Positions 1 through 9,053 of a stretch of 39,366 nucleotides of DNA are shown piece by piece. Position 1 is the stretch's first letter. Every line of letters starts with the position of its first letter. The stretch is from positions 1 to 39,366 of the forward strand of contig LRSL01000009.1 of the NCBI GenBank assembly GCA_001563335.1. The letters are read 5' to 3'. Source of the DNA: Candidatus Thorarchaeota archaeon SMTZ1-45 (GTDB lineage Archaea > Asgardarchaeota > Thorarchaeia > Thorarchaeales > Thorarchaeaceae). The position numbers and the translations under genes are program-made. A model generated the notes under the pieces. It had not been told where the DNA came from. It searched no databases and was given only the letters and a program-made list of their open reading frames with translations.

Positions 1-15
1 CTGATTATTTGTCAT
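1..15 (-). CDS. Possible 5' end of a gene running off the left edge (MTNNQ...)
   Basis: Minus-strand ATG at 15 preceded by SD-like GGAGAG; only 5 codons visible. Confidence 0.3.
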
Positions 16-138
16 AAGTTTCAACTCTCCAGACACAGTAAGGTAGAAAGATTAAGACGCTACTTTCAGTAAATTATCAAGGTTGCCTCTGACAAATGAA
101 TCGTAAACGAACCTTGTTCAAGATTGGTGTGAATTGAT

Positions 139-846
139 ATGAAGAATAGTGAGATATCAGAACGCTTCTCGAAACTCTCAACTCCTCTAATAGCAGATGC
201 CTGCATTCGGTTGGGAGTGTCATTCAACATTGCCCCTTTCGGAATTCAGCCCGTTCTAATTGACTGTCGGATTGGAGGTAAAGCTCTACCAGTGCGTCAC
301 TTTGGAAGTGTTGATGTATTTCTCGAAGCAATGAACGAAGCGGAGGAGGGAGACATTCTTGTAGTGGACAACAATGGTAGGTGTGATGAGGGTTGTATCG
401 GAGACCTAATTGTAATCGAGGCTAATTCTTGTAATCTAGGTGGGATTGTAATTTGGGGCACACATAGGGACACGCCAGAACTTCGAAGCCTTGGGTTTCC
501 ACTATTTAGCTACGGTTCGTGGCCAGTCGGTCCGTTGAGAGTCGATGAGCGTGGTCCTGAAGTCTTTGAGTCTGCCCGTTTTGGGGAATATGGTGTGACA
601 AGAGATGATGCTGTTTTCGGGGACCTAGATGGAGTCTTATTTGTCCCATATGGGAGTGTCAACGAAGTATTGCAGATGGCTGAATCTCTCTCAGAAACTG
701 AAAAATCTCAGGCTAAAGCTGTGAGAAGTGGAAAGACTTTGAGGGAGCAGCTTCGGTTCGATGAATATTTGACCAAGAGAAAAAAAGACCCTCAATACGA
801 CTTCCGTAAGCATCTTCGTAAAATTGGTGGAGCTATAGAAGAATAG
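139..846 (+). CDS. RraA family / HMG-CHA aldolase-like protein
   Basis: STPLIADA N-terminus, GDILVVD, GCIGD, GxxRD and GDLDGV motifs; GGTG SD upstream. Confidence 0.85.
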   Translation: MKNSEISERFSKLSTPLIADACIRLGVSFNIAPFGIQPVLIDCRIGGKALPVRHFGSVDVFLEAMNEAEEGDILVVDNNGRCDEGCIGDLIVIEANSCNLGGIVIWGTHRDTPELRSLGFPLFSYGSWPVGPLRVDERGPEVFESARFGEYGVTRDDAVFGDLDGVLFVPYGSVNEVLQMAESLSETEKSQAKAVRSGKTLREQLRFDEYLTKRKKDPQYDFRKHLRKIGGAIEE

Positions 847-960
847 AATCAACAAGGGTTTACAAATAATCTCTCTCACATATTTGATAAATGCTCTTAG
901 AAAGGGGTTTTAGAAGACTTACAGTTCTATGAGTTGCCAATACTAGACTCTCATTTTGCA

Positions 961-1686
961 TCAATTAGTTTCTGTTGCAAGTGTTATCGACATAGGACTA
1001 CTGAGCTGAGCTCGGAACAATTGAATGTGAGGAATGAGTGCGCTCATCACTTTTCTTTCAGCTTTCTTCAAGTGTTCTTGAAATGTTGATCTAGGCACTC
1101 CAAGTTTCTTCGCTATTGATTGAATATCAGTTCTTCTAGGTCTATCATAATATCCATAGATGAACGCTGTCACAAGTGAATCCATCTGTTTCTCAGTTAA
1201 TTTAGAAAACATTGCATCTGCTGAAGCCGAAAGAGAACTTGCTAGGAACCCCTCGAAAGTACTTCTTTTTAACACCTCAACTTCAAAACCACTTTCCCTC
1301 AGTTTTCTTAGTAGTTTACCAAACTCCTCTGATTTGAAAGTCACCACTCGATAGTACTCCCAGCCGCTGTCATAGACAACTGGGTACACTTCTAGTAAAT
1401 CCAACTCTTCAATCGTTTCAGTTACGGTTTCAACACCTGCTGTACAAGAACGAGCCCTAGTAATCAGGTGAACCTTGCGATCATCGGACATCACATCGAT
1501 TTTCACATCAATCTCCATTAGTTCTTCAAGAATCATCTCATAATCTTCCTGATTCTCAACAATAAACTCGAGAACCTGCTGTTCTCGGTTACTCCACTCG
1601 AACATCTTCACTGAAGGATATCTTCTTGAGATATTGCTAATTGGACAATCATGTGACACTCTGAATTCCAACATTGACATTGTCAT
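961..1686 (-). CDS. Bacterio-opsin activator (Bat)-type HTH_10 transcriptional regulator, paralog 1
   Basis: C-terminal LTEKQ...GYYDRPRR...IAKKLGV..STFQEHLKKAERK signature. Confidence 0.85.
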   Translation of the reverse strand: MTMSMLEFRVSHDCPISNISRRYPSVKMFEWSNREQQVLEFIVENQEDYEMILEELMEIDVKIDVMSDDRKVHLITRARSCTAGVETVTETIEELDLLEVYPVVYDSGWEYYRVVTFKSEEFGKLLRKLRESGFEVEVLKRSTFEGFLASSLSASADAMFSKLTEKQMDSLVTAFIYGYYDRPRRTDIQSIAKKLGVPRSTFQEHLKKAERKVMSALIPHIQLFRAQLSSPMSITLATETN

Positions 1687-1744
1687 TCATCTTCGTCGAA
1701 CATTTTAATGTAATAATCACTCCATAATTTGACCTTAAAAGTGG

Positions 1745-1762
1745 TGCCGGCGTATGCTGGTT
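1745..1762. promoter_or_regulatory. Degenerate palindromic operator (TGCCGGCGTATGCTGGTT)
   Basis: 12/18 match to the core of the perfect palindrome at 14951-14970, mismatches mostly transitions; just upstream of minus-strand TTTTAAG of HTH paralog 1. Confidence 0.55.
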
Positions 1763-1814
1763 GTCTGTTTCGGCCAGCTAAAGTGATTTCGTCCCGCGAA
1801 TGGTCTGTATACAA

Positions 1815-2339
1815 CTAATGAGTTGCAATCCAATCCCTGTGAATAGCTGCCAAATGACCAGAATGGTAGTTCAGATGGCAAAACATGTCTGCGATTACTT
1901 GCCTAATTGATTTTCCACCAAAGAATTCAGGTATAGCTTTATCATCGATTACTCTCTCAAAATCATCACGACTGGCATTTTTCACCCAGTCTAGGAAAGC
2001 CCGTTCACAGAAATCATAGTACTCTTGAATCTTTACTATGTCGATTCCATCCCAGTTTCCTGATGTTCCAGGTAAGTAATTCTCATATATCTTGACAAAA
2101 TTTGAGTGTCCCTTTCTTAGACCTTTAATCACAAAATTCAATGTGAAATCGTAGACTGCCGCTTGATGTGCTAGCACCCAACCAAATGCTGACATCTTTG
2201 ATCTCGGTCGATATGAAAGGTCAATCAGTCCAGACTTAGTCATCTTCAAGATTTCTTGCTCACGCCATGCTCGGACTCTATTTACAGTGTTCTCCACGAA
2301 TTCATTCTCAGTCATATTCAGGAACGAAAATTGAAACAT
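1815..2339 (-). CDS. DinB family protein (start may be ATG 2315)
   Basis: GWVLAH and HLNYHSGH metal-binding His pattern. Confidence 0.75.
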   Translation of the reverse strand: MFQFSFLNMTENEFVENTVNRVRAWREQEILKMTKSGLIDLSYRPRSKMSAFGWVLAHQAAVYDFTLNFVIKGLRKGHSNFVKIYENYLPGTSGNWDGIDIVKIQEYYDFCERAFLDWVKNASRDDFERVIDDKAIPEFFGGKSIRQVIADMFCHLNYHSGHLAAIHRDWIATH

Positions 2340-2512
2340 TGTTAAGTATTATACCGGCGTCTGCCACCTCTTACTCGATTTGACTATTAATAGTTCATGA
2401 ACATTGAATATCATCAGTAGAAAATCATGTCAAATGGTCAAGTCCTAGTGTTCTCACTAGTTCTATAACTAGAATCATAAAGATTCATATCAAACTCTTA
2501 GATGGGTATTTT

Positions 2513-2770
2513 ATGAATCATCGGAGGCTTAGAACCTATTCCAAGGAAATCGGACTTATTCTCATAGGCATGATCATCGCGATAATGGGAATTCTTCTTG
2601 ATGCTTACTGGACTGAACAGTTCTATGCTAACAAGCCTCCATTTTCAACAGGTCCGATTCTGATTGGTACCGCAGGTCTTTTCTTCATATTCCCAGTTGG
2701 ATTGCTGATATTGATCTATGGTGTTCTTGTCATAGTATACAATTCAAAACGTTGGTTAGGAGTACATTAA
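2513..2770 (+). CDS. Small two-TM membrane protein
   Basis: 85 aa with two hydrophobic segments. Confidence 0.65.
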   Translation: MNHRRLRTYSKEIGLILIGMIIAIMGILLDAYWTEQFYANKPPFSTGPILIGTAGLFFIFPVGLLILIYGVLVIVYNSKRWLGVH

Positions 2771-2806
2771 TTGCTAGGCAGAACAGTACTTCTCTGACGA
2801 GTTGAA

Positions 2807-2825
2807 GCTCTTAACTTGTTTGTCG
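2807..2825 (+). repeat. Fragment of spliced tRNA-Lys(CUU): anticodon loop to variable loop
   Basis: GCTCTTAACTTGTTTGTCG vs spliced tRNA GCTCTTA|ACTTGTTGGTCG, 18/19. Confidence 0.75.
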
Positions 2826-2912
2826 TACCAATTCTTACTCTTTAGGTTTCCTAACTGTCACAGATGAGAGGATTGACCATGCTTTGAATCTTGTTAGACG
2901 AGGTTCTAAGTG

Positions 2913-3920
2913 TTAATATCCCAATGAAAGGAAACATTCCACTTGCTCGTTGTAGCCTTTTACTCTATTCGTGTTGAATTGTATATCGAATGAATCAACA
3001 AGCGCAGTCATCGAGGAACTGGAAACATCGATTTTGCTTAGCCATCTAACCGCATTTCTATACAGTGGCCAATCTGACTCCACATCATCGGGTTCTGGAG
3101 TATCTGGGGGAAACTCCCAGCCATCCCGATCGCTTCCTTCCTCTATCTCGCCATGCGGACCAATAAGAAACACTCTGCCCTCTCCGTATGAACAGGCTAT
3201 GATTGCTGCTTTTCCTATGATATCATACTCGCCCAGAATGGAAACGCTAGCATCATCATATGGTTCAAGATAGGGTCCACCCAAGTAGAACATCGTCATC
3301 GGATTTGGCATGGACTCAGTAATAGGATGAGTTTGGTCAACAATGTTGATCTCAGTCATTGCCCAGTAGGTATTATTGCGATCTGCGATTTCGAATATAG
3401 GTCCGTGCGCTACGCCTGGAAAAAGGTCTAGGTTTAATTCATCTCCCTCCACCTTATAATCAGGAGGCGGATAAGCATCATCATCCATCCAGACCATATA
3501 GTCTGCAGCATAGTACGCTCCAGCGCAAATTCCCAGATACCCACCACCCTCAGAAACAAATTCCTGTATCTCTGCCTTGCCTTCAAGACCCACATCAATC
3601 CAGTATTCTGGATAGCGTCCTCCTGGCCACATTAGCACATCATAATCGTCAAGGCATCCGTCTTTGATATCCTGACCTGTCACTGTTGTGAAAGAGCAAC
3701 CCATCCATTCAGTCATATTCGATAGAATTGCTTCTGATATTACCCACGCCCCCTCTCCATTATAATACGCAACATCTACATTGCTTAGGTCTGTATCTTC
3801 TATAGATGGTTCTTGCGCGCCTATGAAAAATAGAACTCCAACCGAGATGATAAGCGCAGAGAGAATAACTGCAATTACGCCCTTGGTGAGAGCAAAGTTG
3901 GTCACAACAAACACCTTCAC
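2913..3920 (-). CDS. Membrane-anchored BPL-N (class I glutamine amidotransferase-like) domain protein
   Basis: N-terminal TM/signal; VAYYNGEG, DVLMWPGG, GGGYLGICAGAYYA, GPHGE motifs; no ligase domain. Confidence 0.8.
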   Translation of the reverse strand: MKVFVVTNFALTKGVIAVILSALIISVGVLFFIGAQEPSIEDTDLSNVDVAYYNGEGAWVISEAILSNMTEWMGCSFTTVTGQDIKDGCLDDYDVLMWPGGRYPEYWIDVGLEGKAEIQEFVSEGGGYLGICAGAYYAADYMVWMDDDAYPPPDYKVEGDELNLDLFPGVAHGPIFEIADRNNTYWAMTEINIVDQTHPITESMPNPMTMFYLGGPYLEPYDDASVSILGEYDIIGKAAIIACSYGEGRVFLIGPHGEIEEGSDRDGWEFPPDTPEPDDVESDWPLYRNAVRWLSKIDVSSSSMTALVDSFDIQFNTNRVKGYNEQVECFLSLGY

Positions 3921-4106
3921 TCGTATTCACATTCATTTGTATTACATCTTTCCATCTTTTTGGAAATCTTTTGCATACTTCAACCAATGACGTATGGTGA
4001 GATGTTACCCCTCATTGACATTGTAGTCCATATCTATTGACGCTTCTCTCTATTGATTGATTTGAGTAGTTGAATCTAGGAATTTACGCTCAACTCAGCC
4101 TTACTC

Positions 4107-4160
4107 CACCACAACTTCTATAAACTGAAGACGAACAGATGGCATTTCGTGGGCCAGTGG
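4107..4160 (+). repeat. Degenerate duplicate of the tRNA-Lys promoter plus first 10 nt of the tRNA
   Basis: Ungapped 41/54 match to 4526-4579, including TCTATAAACT and CGTGGGCCAGTGG. Confidence 0.85.
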
Positions 4161-4228
4161 TCTTTCATCGGGCTCTAGTTGATTATATCGCTTGATTACC
4201 CTTCAATCCTGTTAATTATTTAAACTCC

Positions 4229-4423
4229 TCAACGTTTTCTTAACATGAGCACCACAGCCGCTATTATGAGCACGCAGCCACCAATAAAGAGGAGTAACTT
4301 GAACTGCTCCAACCAATAAGGGGTTGGGACTGAGCCTGGACTAGAACCTCCAAATATCAATAATATGATTCCGAAAAAAAGCAGACTACCCGCTAAATTA
4401 TAGTCCCGCTCCACTGCGGCCAC
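4229..4423 (-). CDS. Small two-TM membrane protein
   Basis: 64 aa, two hydrophobic helices, basic C-terminal tail; TTTATTAA box ~25-30 bp upstream. Confidence 0.65.
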   Translation of the reverse strand: MAAVERDYNLAGSLLFFGIILLIFGGSSPGSVPTPYWLEQFKLLLFIGGCVLIIAAVVLMLRKR

Positions 4424-4535
4424 CTATGCAGAGTAAACAGCTTAGTCTTAATAAACCCAGATATCAAGTATGAAACTTACCTTGCATACTGTCAGTAGCC
4501 AGTTGTACAACACAACCCTCGTTAACACCGCAATC

Positions 4536-4545
4536 TCTATAAACT
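4536..4545 (+). promoter_or_regulatory. TATA box of the tRNA-Lys gene
   Basis: TCTATAAACT ~25-35 bp upstream of tRNA position 1; conserved in the duplicate at 4117-4126. Confidence 0.7.
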
Positions 4546-4569
4546 TACAACAGGCAAAGGGCGTTCCGT

Positions 4570-4707
4570 GGGCCAGTGGCTAAGCCAGGTATAGCGACAG
4601 GCTCTTACTTCTCTCAGGTTATTCTGGGAGGAAGAGAGACTTGTTGGTCGAGGGTTCTGGCTTGTTGATTTCCAACAAGTCGCCCAAAAATCCCTCCTGG
4701 CCCGCCA
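4570..4707 (+). tRNA. tRNA-Lys(CUU) with two introns (4608-4638 at 37/38; 4658-4687 at 56/57), CCA encoded
   Basis: Acceptor GGGCCAG/CTGGCCC+G+CCA; D stem GCTA/TAGC; anticodon stem ACAGG/CTTGT with spliced loop CT-CTT-AA; T stem GAGGG/CCCTC with spliced loop TTCAAAT; both inserts fold into BHB-type motifs. Confidence 0.93.
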
Positions 4708-4710
4708 CAT

Positions 4711-7095
4711 TTACTTCTTCCGAATTACTACAAACAAGACAATTGCAATCCCACCTACAACTCCAATTGTGAATATGATGATAACTATCAGAGTGTCCAG
4801 AGGAGGAGGTCCTGTGGTTGTATCTGAAGCTGTAGATGTAGTGTCGGTTATAGTTGTCGGAAAAGTGGTCGTCGTTGTAGTTGTAGTAGTTGTTACAGTT
4901 TCCTCCACCACTGTGATAATGACCGTGTCTACCAGATTATATCCCGAAGCATCGTTCACTACCAAGGTCAGATTGTAACTACCAACTGATAGACCATTGA
5001 TTGACTTTGATATATGGTCTAGAGAAGAGTTCAAAGAATTTTGAACAATAATTGCTCCTTCCCACAATAACATGTATGATTCGGGATTTGGTAACCTAAC
5101 ATCCCATGAGATCGTAGGGACAATCGAACCAACCACATATTGAACATCATCCTGCCATGTGAGAAAGCCTAACGGATAGTTATCCACACCCATTCCTCCA
5201 ACGGAATAGACACCTTCGCCAGAATAGTCTGACCAGATATTACCCGTGTCTACACCATCATCCCATTCATTCCATATCCCACTATCAACAGCATTACCAG
5301 CCTCATTAAAGCCAATCATGTTGTTATAGATCTCAGAAAAGAGAGTATAGGATCCAAGATTCATTCCATAGTCAGCATTTCCATAGATTCTGTTATCGAG
5401 AATTCTTACGCCTGATGTAAAGTCCAAATGAAGCCCGTCTGACGAACTCCCAAGAATCGTGTTGTTGACAATCTCCAGATAGTTGACAACATAGAGTTCG
5501 AGAGGATCAGTATTATCATAGATCATGTTGTTTCTGACCACTCCGTAGCTGGTGTTAACTATGTTGATAGGATATCCCAGATTTTCATGTATCTGATTGA
5601 AATCAAAAATGTAATTATCAGAGCTAAATACCCAAATACCAAGCCCATTTCTCAGGATTTCACTCTCAGTCACAGTTGTGTAGTCAGATGTGTCAATTTG
5701 GAGTCCTCCAACGGAAGAATCTTTGATGGTCACATTTGTTAGGGTGCAATTGAGTGAGTGTGAAACTTCTATTCCTAAATCGTAGTTATCCACCAATAGA
5801 ACATCCCTTATACTACAATTGAAGCACGAATGAATCGCCATGCCAACAGTCGCAGAGGCGAATGTTCCATTTACTATAGAAAGATGGTTGGAACCTACCA
5901 ACACAAGCTGTCCGTATTCATTCCCGTTGATGGTCAAATCGCCCTGGTTGAGATAGTATCCGAACGGTTTTCCATTGACCGTGTTTCCTGTTTCAGAAAT
6001 AGTCCAGTACTCGGTAGCAGCTCCATTGAATATTATACCACATTCGATGAGAGTATTGTTTCTCAGTGTGGTATTCTCTGACTCGAACAAACTGATACCA
6101 TACAGGTTCTCACTGATTTCCATATCACTGATTGTGCAATTTGAGCACGATAGAAGACTTGGTCCAACTGATACATTGAAGAACACTCCTGAGTCGAGAC
6201 TCACATTGAAGCAGTCGATTAAGAACAGCTGGCCAAATTGATTTCCATCAATCTCGGTATTGTTTGTCCCTAAGAAATATCCAAGGGGTTTACCATTTAC
6301 CATATTCTCGGAGAAGTTGTGCATCCAGTACTCTTTGGACCCTACGATTCCGAAACCCCCATTTTGGAGTATATTGTTGACAAATGTGCAATTTCCAGTC
6401 GACCTGATGTAGAGCCCGAAAAAGCCGCTATCAATTATCTCGTTATCAGCGACTGTGATATTCTCAGAATCTTGAAATCTGATCCCCATTTCTCCGCAAT
6501 TGCGAATATAGTTATTCTCGACAATGGAGTATTTCAGATAGGCTAGATGGAAGCCGTAGCCTTCACAATTAATGACTCTATTCTCACTCAAAGTGCAATT
6601 GTAGCTTGACGCAGCCTGAGCGATTCCATAATAGCCACAGTCAGATAATGTGTTATTTACAATAGTGCAATCAATAGTGCCAATTAAGGCGATTCCAATG
6701 TAGCCGTTAGATATACTACAATTCTCGATAGCACCGTTACTCACATGTGAAAGCCTGATACTATTTGTTTTCACTTCACCTGTTTGCGACAGAACACAGT
6801 TCCTAATGACGAAATGGACATTGGTGTTAAAGATGTATATACATGTACCAGCAGTGACTATTTCCAGTCCTTCGATAATATATGGGGACTGTTGAGTTCC
6901 ATCACCTGGCCATCCCTGTGCTGCGAAAGCGGCATTTCCTGATATTGATATAGGACCATGAGGTACGAGTGATGATGGACTGGTTGAGGTATTTGGAAGC
7001 TCAGTCAAATACACCAGCATAGAACTGACGCTCGCACTAACAATTAACATCCCCACCAAGAAACTCAACAACTGCAGAACATTGATTCTTCTCAC
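4711..7095 (-). CDS. Cell-surface right-handed parallel beta-helix (NosD/CASH-like) repeat protein
   Basis: Signal peptide, GDGTQQSPYIIEG start motif, Asn-rich PbH1-like repeats with an internal duplication (VNGKPLGY/VNGKPFGY), Thr-rich linker, C-terminal TM + RKK. Confidence 0.9.
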   Translation of the reverse strand: MRRINVLQLLSFLVGMLIVSASVSSMLVYLTELPNTSTSPSSLVPHGPISISGNAAFAAQGWPGDGTQQSPYIIEGLEIVTAGTCIYIFNTNVHFVIRNCVLSQTGEVKTNSIRLSHVSNGAIENCSISNGYIGIALIGTIDCTIVNNTLSDCGYYGIAQAASSYNCTLSENRVINCEGYGFHLAYLKYSIVENNYIRNCGEMGIRFQDSENITVADNEIIDSGFFGLYIRSTGNCTFVNNILQNGGFGIVGSKEYWMHNFSENMVNGKPLGYFLGTNNTEIDGNQFGQLFLIDCFNVSLDSGVFFNVSVGPSLLSCSNCTISDMEISENLYGISLFESENTTLRNNTLIECGIIFNGAATEYWTISETGNTVNGKPFGYYLNQGDLTINGNEYGQLVLVGSNHLSIVNGTFASATVGMAIHSCFNCSIRDVLLVDNYDLGIEVSHSLNCTLTNVTIKDSSVGGLQIDTSDYTTVTESEILRNGLGIWVFSSDNYIFDFNQIHENLGYPINIVNTSYGVVRNNMIYDNTDPLELYVVNYLEIVNNTILGSSSDGLHLDFTSGVRILDNRIYGNADYGMNLGSYTLFSEIYNNMIGFNEAGNAVDSGIWNEWDDGVDTGNIWSDYSGEGVYSVGGMGVDNYPLGFLTWQDDVQYVVGSIVPTISWDVRLPNPESYMLLWEGAIIVQNSLNSSLDHISKSINGLSVGSYNLTLVVNDASGYNLVDTVIITVVEETVTTTTTTTTTTFPTTITDTTSTASDTTTGPPPLDTLIVIIIFTIGVVGGIAIVLFVVIRKK

Positions 7096-7263
7096 GAATC
7101 TCCCCAGTACACATTTACCTGTCTGCTATATAAACCAAAGCAATTTATCTATTCATTTATGGACGCTGTAATAGGTTAGAAAATACTGTCTAACTTGCCA
7201 TCACCACTCTATCTATTCTACTTGACCTTACTCAAAGGTATCAGGTATGCCTTTCAGCCAATT

Positions 7264-7283
7264 AAATTCCTCCTAGCCCGCCA
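7264..7283 (+). repeat. tRNA-Lys 3'-end copy 1 (att-like)
   Basis: AAATTCCTCCTAGCCCGCCA vs 4688-4707 AAATCCCTCCTGGCCCGCCA, 18/20. Confidence 0.9.
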
Positions 7284-7353
7284 TTTCATAAAAATTTGCT
7301 TTAATCCAATTCTCTATTATATCATAACTAAGTAGACCATCTGGTTAATCAAA

Positions 7354-8223
7354 ATGGAAGGGATACTCAGAACAGATGCAGGAGAAATCCGTTACTTCTG
7401 GAAGATTTCACTAGCCCTCATCCTGATTATTATGCTAATTGTCATAAGTAGGATTGTCCTGATATTTGCCGTCCAGCAGGTCTTCATTCTTCAAGGTATG
7501 ACCTCCGATATTGCCTTTGAGAACGCACAGGTCTTTGTGTCCGAATCATCAGAGGGTCAGGTGATAGCGAGTTCGCTGGACCTAGTTTTGACACTTCTGC
7601 TTGTACTCTTCCTAGTCACTCGCATCGAGAAACGTGAGTTCCACCTGACCGACCTCGGCTTGGATCTTCAACGTAATATCCTGCCTTTTGTGGGACTAGG
7701 ACTGTTCATGGGATGTGTCCTCTTTCTTGGAGCCGCCATGTTTGGAGTGCTTCTTGGCACACTTGAATTCCCGATATCACCAAATCTCAGCCAGTGGCCA
7801 TTCTTGAGCATGCTAGTTGCTTCAATAGCATTCTACGTCTTGAACAGTTTCTGGCAGGAAGTTCTATTTCGTGGATACTTGCAGACTCGAGCAGTCGGGG
7901 AATTTGGCCGTTTTACTGGAGTGACAGCAGTCACAGTGGTCTTTGTGGTCTTTCATAGCCTAGTTCAAACACTTACACCCATTGGGATTCTAGCAGGTTT
8001 TCTGTTGTTCTCGTTCATAGGTCTATTATATGAAAAGACCAATTCACTCTACCTCGTGGGTGTGATTCATGCAGTTCTAAATTTCCTGCCAGCTCTATTC
8101 AACACATGGTGGCAAGGGCTAGAAGCTGCCATGACATACGGTATTGCACTCATACTATTGATTCTGATGATACACCAAACTGAGCAGAGAGCACAAGTAG
8201 ACTCCAATCACACGCACTTGTAG
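7354..8223 (+). CDS. CPBP (Abi/CAAX protease) family intramembrane metalloprotease
   Basis: Multi-TM; QEVLFRGY, FVVFH and HAVLN motifs (first Glu of EExxxR is Gln). Confidence 0.85.
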   Translation: MEGILRTDAGEIRYFWKISLALILIIMLIVISRIVLIFAVQQVFILQGMTSDIAFENAQVFVSESSEGQVIASSLDLVLTLLLVLFLVTRIEKREFHLTDLGLDLQRNILPFVGLGLFMGCVLFLGAAMFGVLLGTLEFPISPNLSQWPFLSMLVASIAFYVLNSFWQEVLFRGYLQTRAVGEFGRFTGVTAVTVVFVVFHSLVQTLTPIGILAGFLLFSFIGLLYEKTNSLYLVGVIHAVLNFLPALFNTWWQGLEAAMTYGIALILLILMIHQTEQRAQVDSNHTHL

Positions 8224-8233
8224 GATTTTTTTA

Positions 8234-8253
8234 AAATCTCTCCTGGCTCGCCA
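8234..8253 (+). repeat. tRNA-Lys 3'-end copy 2 (att-like)
   Basis: AAATCTCTCCTGGCTCGCCA, 18/20 to 4688-4707. Confidence 0.9.
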
Positions 8254-8283
8254 CACCATTTTGTATGTAGTATCATTAGCAAT

Positions 8284-8958
8284 TTACTGAATAAACATGT
8301 TACCTGCTATCATGACTAGAAACGGGAGATTCACAAGATACATAATAAAATCATAGAGCGCTTCAAAAGCTGGCTCCTTACAAACTAGCTTGGCATATTC
8401 TGTAACTTCGTCCCTACTAGAAAAAAGAGAGGTCAATTCAAGTCGATGGCTTATAGCATCTATTCTATCTTGTTCTCTCTCAAATCTATGCCATCGTCTC
8501 CATACTGACATTGGTAATACCATCACGGAGAAAAAGAAGGTGGTCAAGGCTATGGTATACAAGACACCGAATGGGGAGAGTAGAAATACAAAGTATAGCG
8601 CAGCAACAAGAACAATCAGTGGATAGAGGAACGGAATGAAAAAATCAAGAATGAAAACCTCACGATATGACTCTAACTCATTCTCTTTTTCAATGTCATG
8701 CTCAGTTCTTGCAATGTATAATTTCATACCTGAGAGGAGATCTGTGTCCCTTAACTTAATCTTTAGAAATCCATCATCATCAATACTTGAAGAACACATA
8801 CGTTGCCGAGAAGAATCAGTTTCTTCGAATTCAATCTCAACTCTCTGAAGAACAACATCACTATATCCCTCAGCATAAAGCTCATGGCTTCTCTCAAGTA
8901 TCAACTCTTCGGCTTGTCTTTTCTTCTCTTCATTTTGATGGAAACTCATGTTGTTCAA
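8284..8958 (-). CDS. Hypothetical membrane protein
   Basis: 224 aa, soluble N-terminal part, two central TM helices and a hydrophobic C-terminus. Confidence 0.7.
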   Translation of the reverse strand: MNNMSFHQNEEKKRQAEELILERSHELYAEGYSDVVLQRVEIEFEETDSSRQRMCSSSIDDDGFLKIKLRDTDLLSGMKLYIARTEHDIEKENELESYREVFILDFFIPFLYPLIVLVAALYFVFLLSPFGVLYTIALTTFFFSVMVLPMSVWRRWHRFEREQDRIDAISHRLELTSLFSSRDEVTEYAKLVCKEPAFEALYDFIMYLVNLPFLVMIAGNMFIQ

Positions 8959-9026
8959 TCCATTACTGCAGACTCATCATTCTATCATACAGTGTGAATC
9001 GAGATAATTATTATTGAGAAATCTGT

Positions 9027-9053
9027 GAGAGTTCAAATACCCCTAGCCCGTCA
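9027..9053 (+). repeat. tRNA-Lys 3'-end copy 3, intron-less T-arm form
   Basis: GAGAGTTCAAATACC-CCTAGCCCGTCA vs spliced GAGGGTTC|AAATCCCTCCTGGCCCGCCA, 23/28 with one gap. Confidence 0.85.

Noticed and set aside
2445-2472. Three CTAG motifs at 12-bp spacing forming small hairpins
   Set aside because: Short, occurs once, and no function can be supported.
2807-4160. Fragments as split or permuted tRNA halves
   Set aside because: The pieces are short and degenerate, lack complementary leader/trailer sequences, and a complete gene is adjacent.
4470-4505. Possible third promoter/5'-end copy (AAACTTAC...GCCAGT)
   Set aside because: Spacing differs from the real promoter and the matches are short.
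4602-4639. Alternative splicing giving a CUA (amber/Pyl) or other anticodon
   Set aside because: The strict BHB fixes the intron at 37/38 and gives CUU; the copy at 2807-2825 also reads CTCTTAA.
4805-4910. Low-complexity GTT/GTA/GTC run
   Set aside because: Encodes the Thr-rich linker of the surface protein; not an independent repeat element.
7181-7200. Possible fifth tRNA 3'-end copy (AAATACTGTCTAACTTGCCA)
   Set aside because: Only 12/20; cannot be separated from chance by eye.
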